The notes under the pieces are model-generated. The model was not told where the DNA came from. It searched no databases and worked only from the letters and a program-made list of their open reading frames with translations. DNA of 63,984 nt, counting the filler, from Acidimicrobiia bacterium (GTDB lineage Bacteria > Actinomycetota > Acidimicrobiia > Spongiisociales > CAZKJJ01), in assembly GCA_046759765.1 (NCBI GenBank). It is 8 parts of 8 records of this genome, joined end to end, with 100 filler letters (N's around TTAATTAATTAA, not from the genome) between each part and the next. Parts side by side here need not be neighbours in the genome. Positions count along the whole stretch, not along the records: positions 35,547 to 44,201 come from JBHICV010000106.1; positions 44,302 to 52,917 come from JBHICV010000107.1; 6 more parts are not named here. One strand, 5' to 3'. The stretch's first letter is position 1, and every line of letters starts with the position of its first letter. The translations under genes were made by a program, and so were the position numbers. This document shows positions 39,381 to 49,997 of this stretch, one piece after another.

Positions 39381-41420
39381 ATGACGAGCGAAAACGAGGT
39401 AGTGGAGGTCAGTGAAGCCGAGATCGCAGTTCACTGGCAGGAAGAGGAGTACTTACACCCATCAACGCAGTTCATCGCTCAGGCGAACATGACTGACCCG
39501 GGTATCTATGAACGGTTCAGTTTGGACCATTTTCCTGAATGTTTCAAGGAGTATGCCGACATGCTCTCATGGTACGAGTACTGGCATACGACCCTTGATA
39601 CGAGCGATGCTCCCCTGTGGAAGTGGTTTGTTGGCGGCAAGATAAATGCATCTTACAATTGCGTCGATCGCCACCTGGATCGGTATAAGAACAAGGCCGC
39701 AATTATCTATGTGCCGGAACCGGAGGGTGAATCTCACGTCGGCCTAACCTATCAGGAGCTTTTTGTAAGAGTGAATGAACTCGCAGCGCTCTTGAGGGAC
39801 TTTGCGGGACTCAAGGCCGGGGATAGGGTGACGCTCCATATGCCGATGGTTCCGGAGCTCCCGGTTACGATGCTCGCTTGTGCCAGAATCGGCGTAATCC
39901 ACTCTGAGGTGTATGGAGGATTCAGTGGGGCGGCGTGCGGCGAAAGGATAGCCGACTCGGGAAGTCGAGTCCTGATAACTATTGATGGATACTACCGGTC
40001 CGGTGAGTTGCTTGATCATAAGGAGAAGGCTGACACCGCAGTTGAGGTAGCGGAAAAGGAGGGCCAGAGCGTCGACAAAGTCCTCGTTTGGAGACGTTAT
40101 CCCGAGCAATACGTGTCTCAGGCGCCGATGGTAGAAGGTCGTGATTACTTCATGGATGAGGTGCTGAAGGACTATACCGGGTCCAGAGTTGATCCGGTAC
40201 CGATGCCGGCTGAGGATCCCCTCTTCATCATGTATACGAGTGGGACGACCGGAAGGCCGAAGGGTTGCCAGCACAGCACAGGGGGCTATCTAGCCTATGT
40301 TGCGGGTACGTCGAAGTATGTCCAGGACATTCACCCGGAGGACGTCTACTGGTGCATGGCAGACATAGGATGGATTACCGGCCATTCATATATCGTCTAT
40401 GGCCCGCTGGCTCTTGCTGCGACAAGCGTCATGTACGAAGGGGTGCCCACCTTCCCCGATGCTGGTCGTGCTTGGCGAATAGCCGAGCAACTCGATGTCA
40501 ACATATTCCACACCGCGCCGACGACGATCCGGATGTTGAGAAAGGCCGGGCCTGATGAACCGCGGAAGTACAACTACCGCTTCAAGCATATGACAACCGT
40601 CGGAGAACCGATAGAGCCCGAGGTCTGGAAATGGTACTACCAGGTTGTTGGTAAGGGCGAAGCGGTCATTGTGGATACATGGTGGCAGACCGAGAACGGA
40701 GGATTTCTCTGCAGCACTCTTCCGGCCCTAAAACGCATGAAGCCGGGAAGCGCAGGCCCCGGTATGCCGGGGATTCATCCCGTAATCTATGATGAGCACG
40801 GGATGGAGATCGAAGCGGGAAGTAGAAAAGCAGGAAATATATGCATCCGAAACCCGTGGCCGGGGTCATTTCAGACAATATGGGGAGATCGTGAGCGATA
40901 CGTTTCTCAATATTATCGCAAGTATTGCAAGAATGAGGAAAGCACAGACTGGCGCGACTGGCCATATTTCGCAGGGGACGCCGCCGTGCTCTCAGAAGAT
41001 GGATACTTTCGAATTCTGGGCAGAATCGATGATGTCATAAACGTTGCCGGTCATCGACTGGGCACGAAGGAGCTAGAGTCGGCGTGTCTCGTGGTTGAAG
41101 GGATAGCGGAAGCATCGGTGGTCCCCGTAGCGGATGAGCTGAAGGGTCGCGTGCCTGATATTTATGTGTCCCTCAAGCCAGATTACGAGGCGACTCCGGA
41201 AGTGGAGGATGCGGTTAAAACGTCGATTGAGTCGGCGATCGGCAAGATAGCTCGTCCAAAGCACGTGTATGTCGTACCGGACATGCCCAAGACTCGTTCG
41301 GGAAAGATCATGCGCCGTGTTCTTGCAGCCATCTCTAATCGGACCGAAGTTGGGGATGTGACCACACTGGCGAACCCAGAAGTCGTTGAGGCCATTCGTC
41401 AGATGGTTCAAGAGGGGTAG
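39381..41420 (+). CDS. acs: Acetyl-CoA synthetase (AMP-forming)
   Basis: YTSGTTGRPKG, ADIGWITGHSY, DTWWQTE, PKTRSGKIMRR. Confidence 0.96.
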   Translation: MTSENEVVEVSEAEIAVHWQEEEYLHPSTQFIAQANMTDPGIYERFSLDHFPECFKEYADMLSWYEYWHTTLDTSDAPLWKWFVGGKINASYNCVDRHLDRYKNKAAIIYVPEPEGESHVGLTYQELFVRVNELAALLRDFAGLKAGDRVTLHMPMVPELPVTMLACARIGVIHSEVYGGFSGAACGERIADSGSRVLITIDGYYRSGELLDHKEKADTAVEVAEKEGQSVDKVLVWRRYPEQYVSQAPMVEGRDYFMDEVLKDYTGSRVDPVPMPAEDPLFIMYTSGTTGRPKGCQHSTGGYLAYVAGTSKYVQDIHPEDVYWCMADIGWITGHSYIVYGPLALAATSVMYEGVPTFPDAGRAWRIAEQLDVNIFHTAPTTIRMLRKAGPDEPRKYNYRFKHMTTVGEPIEPEVWKWYYQVVGKGEAVIVDTWWQTENGGFLCSTLPALKRMKPGSAGPGMPGIHPVIYDEHGMEIEAGSRKAGNICIRNPWPGSFQTIWGDRERYVSQYYRKYCKNEESTDWRDWPYFAGDAAVLSEDGYFRILGRIDDVINVAGHRLGTKELESACLVVEGIAEASVVPVADELKGRVPDIYVSLKPDYEATPEVEDAVKTSIESAIGKIARPKHVYVVPDMPKTRSGKIMRRVLAAISNRTEVGDVTTLANPEVVEAIRQMVQEG

Positions 41421-41506
41421 GTCGAAGCCGTACGACGTCCGAGTCCTGCGCCGAGCGCTGGAGCGCGGTGAGAAGGCGGAGGGGTGAGAGGCACGGGACC
41501 GCTATC

Positions 41507-41860
41507 TCACCCGGATCGGGGTGCCGGTTCGAGTTCGGTTGCCGCCTGGCGGATCAGTTCCCAGGCTCGCCGCACGTGTCGCTCCTCGGTACGGGTCTGG
41601 CCGATCGACATCCGCAACGTCAGCCTGCCGTCCAGCTTGGTGTGGGTGAGGAACAGCTCGCCGGAGGCGTTGAGCCGGTCCAGGATCGCCTGATTGGCCT
41701 GGTCGCCCCCGGTATGGCGGAAGCACACCAGGGTGAGCGGAGCCGGGGCGGCAAGCTCGAAGCGAGAGTCCGCCGAGACCCAGGCGGCGAAGTCCTGCGC
41801 CAGGGCGACGTGATCACGGATGTGGAACCGCAGGCCCTCGACCCCGTAGTGCCTGATCAA
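41507..41860 (-). pseudogene. C-terminal remnant of a group II PLP (aromatic L-amino acid) decarboxylase
   Basis: LIRHYGVEGLR...LVCFR...LNASGELFLTHTKLDG..TLRMSIGQ; no N-terminal part or start. Confidence 0.8.
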
Positions 41861-42030
41861 GCCGCCGGCAGAACTCGTACCCCCCGAGGCCGGTGGCCGC
41901 GGCGCTGGTCGCGACGTAGAACGAGCCCCTCGGTTTGGAAAGGAGGATTCCCTCGGCCTCCAGCAGCTCGACGGCCAGGTCCCGCCGCTCCCGGTACGAG
42001 TCGCGGATCTCTGCCGGGACGGTGGATTGC
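41857..42030 (-). pseudogene. Internal remnant of a class I/II PLP aminotransferase
   Basis: RDSYRERRDLAVELL..G..LSKPRGSFYV....GYEFCRRL, in a different frame and abutting the decarboxylase remnant. Confidence 0.65.
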
Positions 42031-42089
42031 CACCGGGAGTCATGCGGCGTAGTCTCGTTGCGAAGGCCAGCGAGACCGGGAAGCCCGCC

Positions 42090-42779
42090 GTGAGTAGGAT
42101 CGCCCTCCTCGCCGCACTGATGTTGGTCGCTGCTGCATGTGGAGGCGACGACGACACGGCCGCCGCCACCACAACCGCCGCCACCACAACCGCCGCCGCC
42201 GCCACCACAACCACCACCACCACAACTGCCGCCACCACCACAACCGCCGCCGCCCCCACCACAACCGCCGCCACCACCACAACAACCACCACAACGGCCG
42301 CCAACGTCGACATCACGCGGGTCGATTTCGGAGACGATGGGTTCGTGGAAGTCACCAACACCGGGGTCGGTGCGGGAAGCCTTGCCGGTCTGTGGTTGTG
42401 CCAGCGGCCGTTCTACTTCCCACTGCCGGATGTCGTGCTCCAGCCCGGCGAGAGCGTCTGGGTCACCCGCGGCGACGGAGAGGGCCTTGAAGCGAGCGGC
42501 AGCGTCGTCCAGGTCGTCGCGGATGCGACCTACGGGTCGCTGTTCGCCGAGAGCGGCGAGATAGCTCTTTACATCTCCGTTGACTTCCACACCAACTTCA
42601 GCAGCCCGGCCACCATCATCTCTTACGTTGAGTGGGGCAGCTCTGGGCACGGCCGATCGTCGGTGGCGGTGGCCGCCGGCATCTGGCCCGAGGGGGGGTT
42701 CGTTGACACAGGTGGTGCCAGCACTATCAGCACCACCGTCGCTGAGCCTACTGATCCGGGAGACTGGACCGCCGGCTAG
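42090..42779 (+). CDS. Lipoprotein with Thr/Ala-rich linker and small beta-rich (lamin-tail-like) domain
   Basis: Lipobox VAAAC; low-complexity linker; VEVTN.G, GLWLCQRP, SYVEWG. Confidence 0.75.
   Translation: MSRIALLAALMLVAAACGGDDDTAAATTTAATTTAAAATTTTTTTTAATTTTAAAPTTTAATTTTTTTTAANVDITRVDFGDDGFVEVTNTGVGAGSLAGLWLCQRPFYFPLPDVVLQPGESVWVTRGDGEGLEASGSVVQVVADATYGSLFAESGEIALYISVDFHTNFSSPATIISYVEWGSSGHGRSSVAVAAGIWPEGGFVDTGGASTISTTVAEPTDPGDWTAG
42156..42301 (+). repeat. Coding low-complexity ACC/GCC trinucleotide tract
   Basis: Encodes the poly-Thr/Ala linker. Confidence 0.85.
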
Positions 42780-42926
42780 AAGCGGTCAGCCGTGAGGTAA
42801 CTCGGGCCTCTCAACCTCGCACATCGACTCCTCAGATCGTCAATCTGTGCAGATCAGCTCTCCCTGCCTTAGGCGCTTGATATGTTGGGTAACTTAGGAA
42901 TCGATCTCGGGAAAGGACCGCCGCGC

Positions 42927-43982
42927 ATGAAGGACGGTCTATTCGGTGCAATCGGGGCGGAGGGCCACGAGTGCGTGCTCTGGGGGTCTGATCCCGATAC
43001 CGGTCTGCGAGCGATCGTCGCTGTCCACTCGACCGTCTTGGGCCCGTCGCTCGGCGGCACCCGGTTCTATCCCTACGAGACGGAGGAGGCGGCGCTGGTC
43101 GATGCCTTGAGACTGTCGCGGGCGATGACACTGAAGGCGGCCGTCTCTGGGCTCGACCTAGGCGGTGGCAAGGCGGTGATTATGGGCGATCCGGCCCGGA
43201 ACAAGTCCGAAGGCCTGTTACGAGCCTACGGCCGTCTCGTGGATCGGCTCGGAGGTCGCTACATAACGGCAGAGGACATCGGCACCACGCTCGAGGACAT
43301 GGAGATCATCTACCAGGAGACCGAATGGGTGTCCGGCCTTCCCCTGGAGCTGGGAGGCTCGGGCGATCCCTCGCCTGCCACCGCCCGGGGAGTGCTCTAC
43401 GCCCTGCGGGCGGTCTCGCGACACCTGTGGGGAACCGAGGAGCTGGAGGGCCGTAGGGTGGTCGTTCAGGGCGTCGGCAAGGTCGGCTCGGCACTCGTGG
43501 AGGACCTCGTTGAAGCCGGATGCGAGGTGCTGGTCGGGGACATGGCGGAGGATGCCGTCGCCCGGGTGGTAGAGGCTTTCGGGGTACAGGCGGTCCCCGC
43601 CAGTGAGGTCCTGTACACCGAATGCGACATCCTGGCTCCATGCGCTATCGGGTCGGTGCTGAACGCGGGCATCATTCCCCGCCTGCGGTGCCGGGCCGTG
43701 GTCGGCTCGGCGAACAACCAACTGGAGGCCTATCAGGACGCCGAGCTGCTTGCGGAGCGCGGCATCCTCTACGCGCCCGACTTCATCGTCAACGCAGGCG
43801 GACTGATCAACATCTTCGAAGAGTTCCGGGGCTATTCGGCCGAGCGAGCAGCCAGGAGCGTCGAAGCCGTCTACGACACGACGCTTCGGGTCCTTTCGTC
43901 GGCACGGGAATGGGGAGTCAGTGCCGCCGCCGCGGCTCTGCGGTTGGCCGAACAGCGCATCGCCGAAGCCAGAGGCGATTGA
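42927..43982 (+). CDS. Leu/Val/Phe dehydrogenase (Glu/Leu/Phe/Val family)
   Basis: LGPSLGGTR, GGGKAVI, TAEDIG, GSANNQL, YAPDFIVNAGG; alternative ATG 42882. Confidence 0.93.
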   Translation: MKDGLFGAIGAEGHECVLWGSDPDTGLRAIVAVHSTVLGPSLGGTRFYPYETEEAALVDALRLSRAMTLKAAVSGLDLGGGKAVIMGDPARNKSEGLLRAYGRLVDRLGGRYITAEDIGTTLEDMEIIYQETEWVSGLPLELGGSGDPSPATARGVLYALRAVSRHLWGTEELEGRRVVVQGVGKVGSALVEDLVEAGCEVLVGDMAEDAVARVVEAFGVQAVPASEVLYTECDILAPCAIGSVLNAGIIPRLRCRAVVGSANNQLEAYQDAELLAERGILYAPDFIVNAGGLINIFEEFRGYSAERAARSVEAVYDTTLRVLSSAREWGVSAAAAALRLAEQRIAEARGD

Positions 43983-44085
43983 GCTGACGTCCGCCCGGGC
44001 GCGCTACACCCGAATTGGGTATATTGGGTGGCTGTCACACCGCTTGAAACCCACGTTACCCATGTTCATACAGAGGGAGGGGACA

Positions 44086-44201
44086 ATGGAAAACAAGAAG
44101 CGCTTTCCATCGCGGAGATTATCGGTACTCGCGCTGCTGCTGAGCTTTGCACTCGTAGCAGCAGCCTGTGGCGACGACGCCGAGGTAGCGCCGGTGACGG
44201 A
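44086..44201 (+). CDS. Lipoprotein N-terminus (cut by gap)
   Basis: GGAGG RBS; LVAAAC lipobox. Confidence 0.75.
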
Positions 44202-44301
44202 NNNNNNNNNNNNNNNNNNNNNNNNNNNNNNNNNNNNNNNNNNNNTTAATTAATTAANNNNNNNNNNNNNNNNNNNNNNNNNNNNNNNNNNNNNNNNNNN
44301 N
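44202..44301. other. Artificial contig linker
   Basis: N run + TTAATTAATTAA + N run. Confidence 0.99.
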
Positions 44302-45329
44302 CCCGCAGCACGTGGCAATCGGTGACCGATCACCTCATCGCCTGGGATCTGCCGGCGATCCCCGGCTACCGGGTTTGGAAGGGGCAGCTCTTCACGCTCA
44401 TCGACCCGAGGTGGACGCCGTTCTTCGAGGATGCGGACTCCGACATTGACTGGCGTTTCTTGAGCTGGGGGGGTGTGCCTCTCGATGACCGACCGCTAGG
44501 TGATCCCGACCCGTGCCCCCTCGGCTGCATTCCCGCGCTCGACGACCCGGCAGTGACCGATGTGACGGGGGGAGACTGGTATCCGGACGACCGCCTGGTG
44601 TTCGCGCTCACGGTCAACGGTGAGTCACGGGCGTACCCAAAGAACATCATGGAAGTCCACGAGATGGTGAATGACTCCTTGGGCGGTCGGCGACTCGGCA
44701 TCCCTTACTGCACGTTGTGCGGCTCCGCCCAGGCCTACTTCACCGACAGCGTCCCCGCCGGCGTCGATGTGCCCGTGCTACGCACCTCGGGTCTGCTCAC
44801 GCGGTCGAACAAGGTGATGTTCGACCTCAACACCTTCTCGGTGTTCGACACATTCACCGGGGTCGCCGTATCTGGCCCGCTCCAGGACCAGAGGATCGTT
44901 CTAGAGCAGACCTCGATGGTGGCCTCGACATGGGGCGACTGGAAGCGGGCACACCCGGACACCACCATCGTCGCCGAGGACGGCGGCATCGGCCGAACTT
45001 ATGATCTCGACCCCCTCGGTGGTCGGGACGACCGCGGACCCATCTTTCCGATCGGCGACGTCGATGAGCGTCTCCCCGTCCAGGAGCAGGTGCTGGGCGT
45101 CATCACTGACGACGGGACCCCGATTGCCTTTCCCGTTGATCAGGCACGCGCCCAGCTGGATGCCGGCCGGCCGGTACAGCTCCTCGGCATAATGCTCGTC
45201 ACCGACGGCTCAGGCGTGAGGGCAACTCTTGAAGACGGCACAGACGCGGTCGGACACCAAGCGTTCTGGTTCGCATGGAGCCAATTCCACCCTGACACCT
45301 TGGTCTGGGCTCCGCCGCCGAATCCCTGA
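44302..45329 (+). CDS. DUF3179 family protein (Cys form, YCTLC), 5'-partial
   Basis: IPALDDP, RAYP..HEMVND, YCTLCGS, TSGLL.SN.VMFD, FWFAWSQFHP. Confidence 0.88.
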
Positions 45330-45432
45330 GCCTGATCTTCAGGGGCTCGAACGTCATCGATCGCACGGTTTCGTGGGGTCTTTACGATCCACCCCGCCAG
45401 TTGGGCTTCCCGATCGACGGCGTCGGTTCGGG

Positions 45433-45804
45433 TCACGCCTGCACGCGCCCCGTAGCCGCGAACGGGCGGACTTCGATCGGATGGTTGGTTGCGTCCGCGA
45501 CCTTGCCCGCCCAGCTCAGGGCCGCATCGAGGTCGTCGGCGTTGATGATGTAGAACCCCGCGATGTGCTCTTTCGACTCCGCGAATGGCCCGTCAGTCAT
45601 AGCCACGTTGCCATCACTCACGCTGACGACGGTTGCTGCGTCGGGGCCATGGAGTGCACCACCGAAGACGAACGTACTGCTCGCGTCCATCTCGGCCTCG
45701 AGGGCAGCAACGCGCTCCAGGAATGCCTGCATCTCCTCGGGCGTCTTCGGGGCCCCAGGGACCTCACTCTCCACGGCGTAAGTCGACAACAGGTACTGAC
45801 TCAT
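45433..45804 (-). CDS. YciI family protein
   Basis: TDGPFAESKEHIAGFY, IEVRP. Confidence 0.92.
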   Translation of the reverse strand: MSQYLLSTYAVESEVPGAPKTPEEMQAFLERVAALEAEMDASSTFVFGGALHGPDAATVVSVSDGNVAMTDGPFAESKEHIAGFYIINADDLDAALSWAGKVADATNHPIEVRPFAATGRVQA

Positions 45805-46203
45805 GAGTGCTCCTCGCTTTGGTGCGCGCTGTTCCCGCGCTCACCCTATCTACGAATGGGATCGGCCCACGAGGACGCCCCACGGCACGAAAGTTACGAA
45901 CGATTGGTAGCCCGGGGCGTCCGTCGAGTCTTTAGAGGACCCCAAAACTGCGCCGAACACTCAGATCCGAGGCAAAGAACGAGCACACCGCTGAGCCACG
46001 CCGAGCGTTAGGCGGTCACCGCGGCAGCGATCCAGCTGAAGGCGAAGCTGAGTTAGGTGGTCCAGCAACCCGCCCGCCAGGCAACCTCAACGGGGTGCTG
46101 GACCTGTCATCGTTCCCGTCAACGACTTGACAACGGCCGCCTGATTCGGAGCTTCGGACTGGGCATTCATCCTGGTCCGGACAGCGCCTCCTCTTCTTCT
46201 TCT

Positions 46204-48834
46204 TCAGTTCCGGCGGTTGGTCAGCGAATATGGGCTACGGAGAGCCTCACTGACAGCGTCCTCGAGCGTCAGCCGCCGGCCTTCCTCCCAAGCAGCCTCC
46301 ACAACGGCCGGGGCGAGTTGGCGCTCGGCTACCGCTCGCGCACTCTCGAGGCCGACGCTCTCCGGCTGCATTCCTCCCCCAAGGGTGTTCCTCAGTGCCG
46401 CCGCGGCCCCAGCCAACCTCACCGCCCATTCCGGATCACGGGTTGCGTTGAGGGCAGCCACCCAATCGAGGGCCATGACCATGCCAGAGACGTTCCTTAG
46501 CTCGCTCAGCTGGCGCAGTGATTGGAGCGACTGGTCTCGCGCTCTTTGCTCGTCGCCCTGTTGAAACGACAGGGAGGCGAGGGCGAGGGTCTTGGTTGCT
46601 GCTTCGCCGTGGTCGCCGAGGCCGCGAGCAATGGCGAGAGACTCTTCCCAAAGGGGTCGAGCGCCTTCCAGATCACCTTCCATCCACTTGGCGAAGCCTT
46701 GGGCCATGAGCACCATGCCCACGCGGTCCGCTGCGTCGAGGTCGCGGAACATCGTCAGGGCTCGATCGGCGAGTCCTGCGCCTCGTTCCTCCTCTCCCAT
46801 CCAGGTGGACGTGGTGCTGAGAGCGAAGAGTGTGTCGGCCTCGCCAGAGCGATCGTTCACTTCCCGGTAGATGCCTAGTGCCTCCTCGTACCGAGACCAT
46901 GCCTCTTGGTAGTCGGCTTGCCAGTAGGCGAGACCGGCAAGCCCGCTGAGGCCCTTAGCGCGAGGTTCGGGAGCGGACTCCGGCAGCGCCAGAAGCTTCT
47001 CGATCCACTGACGTCCCTCGGCCGGCTGGCCCCGAGCGTGCCACAGCCTCCAGATCGCGCCGCCCATTCGGAGGCCGAGATCGACGTCGCCTTGGTTGAG
47101 CGAATAGGTGAAGGCGGCTCGTAGGTTGTCCAATTCGGCGTTCAGCCGGTCGAACCATGCGACCTGCTCATCTCGCGTCAGGTGGGGCTCGGCCTCCTCC
47201 GCCAGGCTGAGGAAGTACTCGGCGTGGCGGCGGGCCACTGCTTCGTACTCGCCCTCCTCACGAAGTCGCTCAGTGGCGAACTCACGGATCGTGTTCAGCA
47301 GCGTGAACCGCCGTTCGTGGGCGATGACCAGATGCTTGAGGAGGCTGTTGTCCAGCAACGAGGCGATGGCCTCGATCACATCTCGGACGGGTGCACCCTG
47401 AGCAACCTCCTCCGCAGATTCGAGAGTGAATCCACCTGCGAACGCGGAAAGCCGACGAAGGGCAGCCCGATCCGATCCGTCGAGGAGCCTGTAACTCCAG
47501 GCAATGGAGCCTGCCAGCGTCTGCTGCCGTTCCGGCACATGGGCAGAATCAGTTCTCAAGAGATCAGGGCGATCTCGGAGCTTCTGCAGCAGCTGTCTAG
47601 GAGTGAACAACCGTACCCGGGCTGCGGCAAGCTCGATAGCCAGGGGGAGCCCATCGAGGCTGGCTGCGATCTCACCAATCGCCTGGATGTTCTCGGCCGT
47701 GGGAGTGAAGCTGGGGTCGGCTGAACGCGCCCGCCGGACGAACAGGCTCACTGCATCCGATTCCAGCGCACCGCCTACGTCCGTTTGATCGGCTGGGGGA
47801 AGCGCCAGCGGCGGCACCATGAAGGTCTGCTCACCCCCGACCCGCAGCAGTGTCCTGCTGGTGGCGAGGATGCGGAGGTCCGGAGCCGCCTCGAGCAGGT
47901 GTCCCAACGTCGGTGCCGCCGGCAGAACCTGCTCGAAGTTGTCGATCACGAGGAGCAGTTGCTTGCGCGACAGGTGGTCGGTCAAGGCGTCTAGCAGGGA
48001 TCTGTCTCCGGCCTCCGCCACGCCGAGCTCCGAAGCAATGGTCGGAACAACGAGCTCCTGATCCCGCTCGGACCAGAGAGGAACAAAGAAGACACCATCT
48101 GTGAACCGTGTAAGCACGCGAGCCGCGACTTTCAGTGCAAGTCGTGTCTTACCAGCGCCACCGGGCCCAATGAGGGTCACGAGCCGAGCTTCCTCCAAGA
48201 GTCGCTCGATCGCGTCTGCCTCATCTACTCGGCCAACGAACTCACTCAGCTCGCTGGGCAAGTTGTGAGGGCGGGCCTCCATCGAACGGAGCGGAGGGAA
48301 ATCCGCCGGCAGATCAGCAGCTTGGGCCTGATAGAGCCGTTCGGGTTCGGGGAGGTCCTTCAGCCGATGAAGGCCGAGGTCACGGAGACTGATCTGCGGC
48401 GGCAGCTGCACACCCAGGTCGTCGCGGACCGCCGCCGAGAGCAGGACCTGGCCTCCGTGACCGGCTCCGGCGATGCGTGCTCCTCGGTGAACGTCGAGGC
48501 CGACGTAGTTGTCGCCTCCGAGAACTCCCTGGCCAGTGTGAAGCCCCATCCTCACCCGGACGGAGGCCCCCGGTGGCCATCGCTGCGTACCGAGCATGCG
48601 TTGAGCCTCGATGGCCGCCTGCACTGCGGCCGGTGCGACGTCGAAGACGGCGAAGAAGGAGTCACCCTCGGTACTCACCTCGGTTCCGCCTTGACGAGCG
48701 ATTGCGTCTCTCAGCACTCGCGCGTGCGTTTCGAGCACAGCTGGGTATTCGTCGCCCAGCCGCAGGATCAGCCGGGTGGAGCCCTCGATGTCGGTGAAGA
48801 GAAAGGTCACCGTCCCGGTGGGAAGTTCGACCAT
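46204..48834 (-). CDS. Class III cyclase + STAND/AAA ATPase + TPR protein
   Basis: LPTGTVTFLFTDIEGST, GPGGAGKTRL, LDGLPLAIELAAAR; ATG 48834. Confidence 0.92.
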   Translation of the reverse strand: MVELPTGTVTFLFTDIEGSTRLILRLGDEYPAVLETHARVLRDAIARQGGTEVSTEGDSFFAVFDVAPAAVQAAIEAQRMLGTQRWPPGASVRVRMGLHTGQGVLGGDNYVGLDVHRGARIAGAGHGGQVLLSAAVRDDLGVQLPPQISLRDLGLHRLKDLPEPERLYQAQAADLPADFPPLRSMEARPHNLPSELSEFVGRVDEADAIERLLEEARLVTLIGPGGAGKTRLALKVAARVLTRFTDGVFFVPLWSERDQELVVPTIASELGVAEAGDRSLLDALTDHLSRKQLLLVIDNFEQVLPAAPTLGHLLEAAPDLRILATSRTLLRVGGEQTFMVPPLALPPADQTDVGGALESDAVSLFVRRARSADPSFTPTAENIQAIGEIAASLDGLPLAIELAAARVRLFTPRQLLQKLRDRPDLLRTDSAHVPERQQTLAGSIAWSYRLLDGSDRAALRRLSAFAGGFTLESAEEVAQGAPVRDVIEAIASLLDNSLLKHLVIAHERRFTLLNTIREFATERLREEGEYEAVARRHAEYFLSLAEEAEPHLTRDEQVAWFDRLNAELDNLRAAFTYSLNQGDVDLGLRMGGAIWRLWHARGQPAEGRQWIEKLLALPESAPEPRAKGLSGLAGLAYWQADYQEAWSRYEEALGIYREVNDRSGEADTLFALSTTSTWMGEEERGAGLADRALTMFRDLDAADRVGMVLMAQGFAKWMEGDLEGARPLWEESLAIARGLGDHGEAATKTLALASLSFQQGDEQRARDQSLQSLRQLSELRNVSGMVMALDWVAALNATRDPEWAVRLAGAAAALRNTLGGGMQPESVGLESARAVAERQLAPAVVEAAWEEGRRLTLEDAVSEALRSPYSLTNRRN

Positions 48835-48886
48835 CTTCCCCTCTAGCAGCCGGGCTTGGCGGCAGACGGTGCGGCGAGTCTGCTCA

Positions 48887-49312
48887 CTATCCGACGTGTC
48901 CCCACATCTGAAAGAAAGCTTGTGGGTCTTCGCAGGGGGGCTGACCCGGATGCTCTTTGATCTGCTCATACTCGACGTGGAGATCGAAGCCTTGGAGGAT
49001 CCCCGTTCCGCTGGCCTGACCCCTTGCTCGAACGAGGCCGCCTTCCAGGCTGCCTGTCAAGCTGCCTTCCCACGTACCTTCCACGGCTTGGGGAGTGAGC
49101 ACGAACTCACCTTCGAGCGTGCCTTGCCCGGAGGCAGGATCGAGATCCAGATTGAGGGTGGGCTTATTCACACCTGCCAGGCGAGGATCATCCGATTCCA
49201 CGATGTCGGTAAACACGCGATTGCGGATCCGGAGAGTTGCCCCATCCATCTCTTCACTGCCGGGATCGATCTCGCAGGTAGTGGCGATTGCGGTGAACTC
49301 CTTCTTCGACAT
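48887..49312 (-). CDS. Hypothetical beta-rich protein
   Basis: GAGGGG RBS before ATG 49312; immediately upstream of the cyclase gene. Confidence 0.65.
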   Translation of the reverse strand: MSKKEFTAIATTCEIDPGSEEMDGATLRIRNRVFTDIVESDDPRLAGVNKPTLNLDLDPASGQGTLEGEFVLTPQAVEGTWEGSLTGSLEGGLVRARGQASGTGILQGFDLHVEYEQIKEHPGQPPCEDPQAFFQMWGHVG

Positions 49313-49424
49313 CTGTACCCCTCGTACCTTGAATGTGCCAAGGTCATTGTCGCATCGGGGCGTTCCGCGCGGCGGCCCTTCACTGACTTCGGCTCCGTGA
49401 TCAGTCGCCACATCCCCGGGTTCC

Positions 49425-49670
49425 TTGTCGAAGAGGCCCAGTAGATTTCAGACCGATTTCCCGAGACGGTCGAGAAGGAAGTTCGCCAATAAGTTGCGCG
49501 TCGAGCCCCCGGACCTGGCGACGTTTGACACGCTGCTCGAGCTGGCCGGAGTCGCCGCGCACTCGTCGGAGCGCATCGCGGCGCCGATCGCCTGCTACCT
49601 GGTCGGGCGAGCCGGTCTGGGCGCGAGAGAGGCGACCGAACTGGCGCGTCAAGTGGCGCCAAGCGAATGA
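49425..49670 (+). CDS. DUF6457-like small protein (start uncertain, possibly truncated)
   Basis: LLELAGVAAH.SERIAAPIACYLVG motif. Confidence 0.6.
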   Translation: MSKRPSRFQTDFPRRSRRKFANKLRVEPPDLATFDTLLELAGVAAHSSERIAAPIACYLVGRAGLGAREATELARQVAPSE

Positions 49671-49897
49671 AGTGTGTGGTAGTCGACACCATAGATAATG
49701 GCCAGGGTTCAGGGAGGCGGACACCCCTCCCAGCACCACTGTGCTCTAGAGCCCACGGACCCGTACAGTCGACCGCCGACACGGGCCGAAGGGGGAGGGG
49801 TGATGGCCACCTTCTTGAGGGCCCCCGAAAACCAGGCGCGCAACCCGCGTCCGCACGCCAAGCCCAGAGTTGCCTTCGCGGCCGACCATCTCCAAGT

Positions 49898-49990
49898 CCG
49901 CATGTCAATGTTGGTCAGGGCGAAGCGATCCTTGCTGTCTTCCCAGACAACCGGGCGTGGCCTATCGACGGTGGGTTCGACCAACAGCCA
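49898..49990 (+). pseudogene. Remnant of a ComEC-like metallo-beta-lactamase N-terminus
   Basis: HVNVGQGEAILAVFPDNRAWPIDGG resembles the DVGQGDA..LIDGG motif. Confidence 0.55.
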
Positions 49991-49997
49991 GAGTCGC

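Noticed and set aside
42156..42301. ACC/GCC repeat as a non-coding repeat or poly-Pro/poly-Val ORF
   Set aside because: It is explained by the Thr/Ala linker of the lipoprotein; other frames are shadows.
41507..42361. 284-aa ORF as an intact gene
   Set aside because: Its N-terminal part is the antisense of the Thr/Ala linker; only the last part, about 117 codons, is a decarboxylase remnant.
44302..45329. DUF3179 protein as another selenoprotein
   Set aside because: The redox motif is encoded as Cys-x-x-Cys and there is no in-frame TGA in the visible part.
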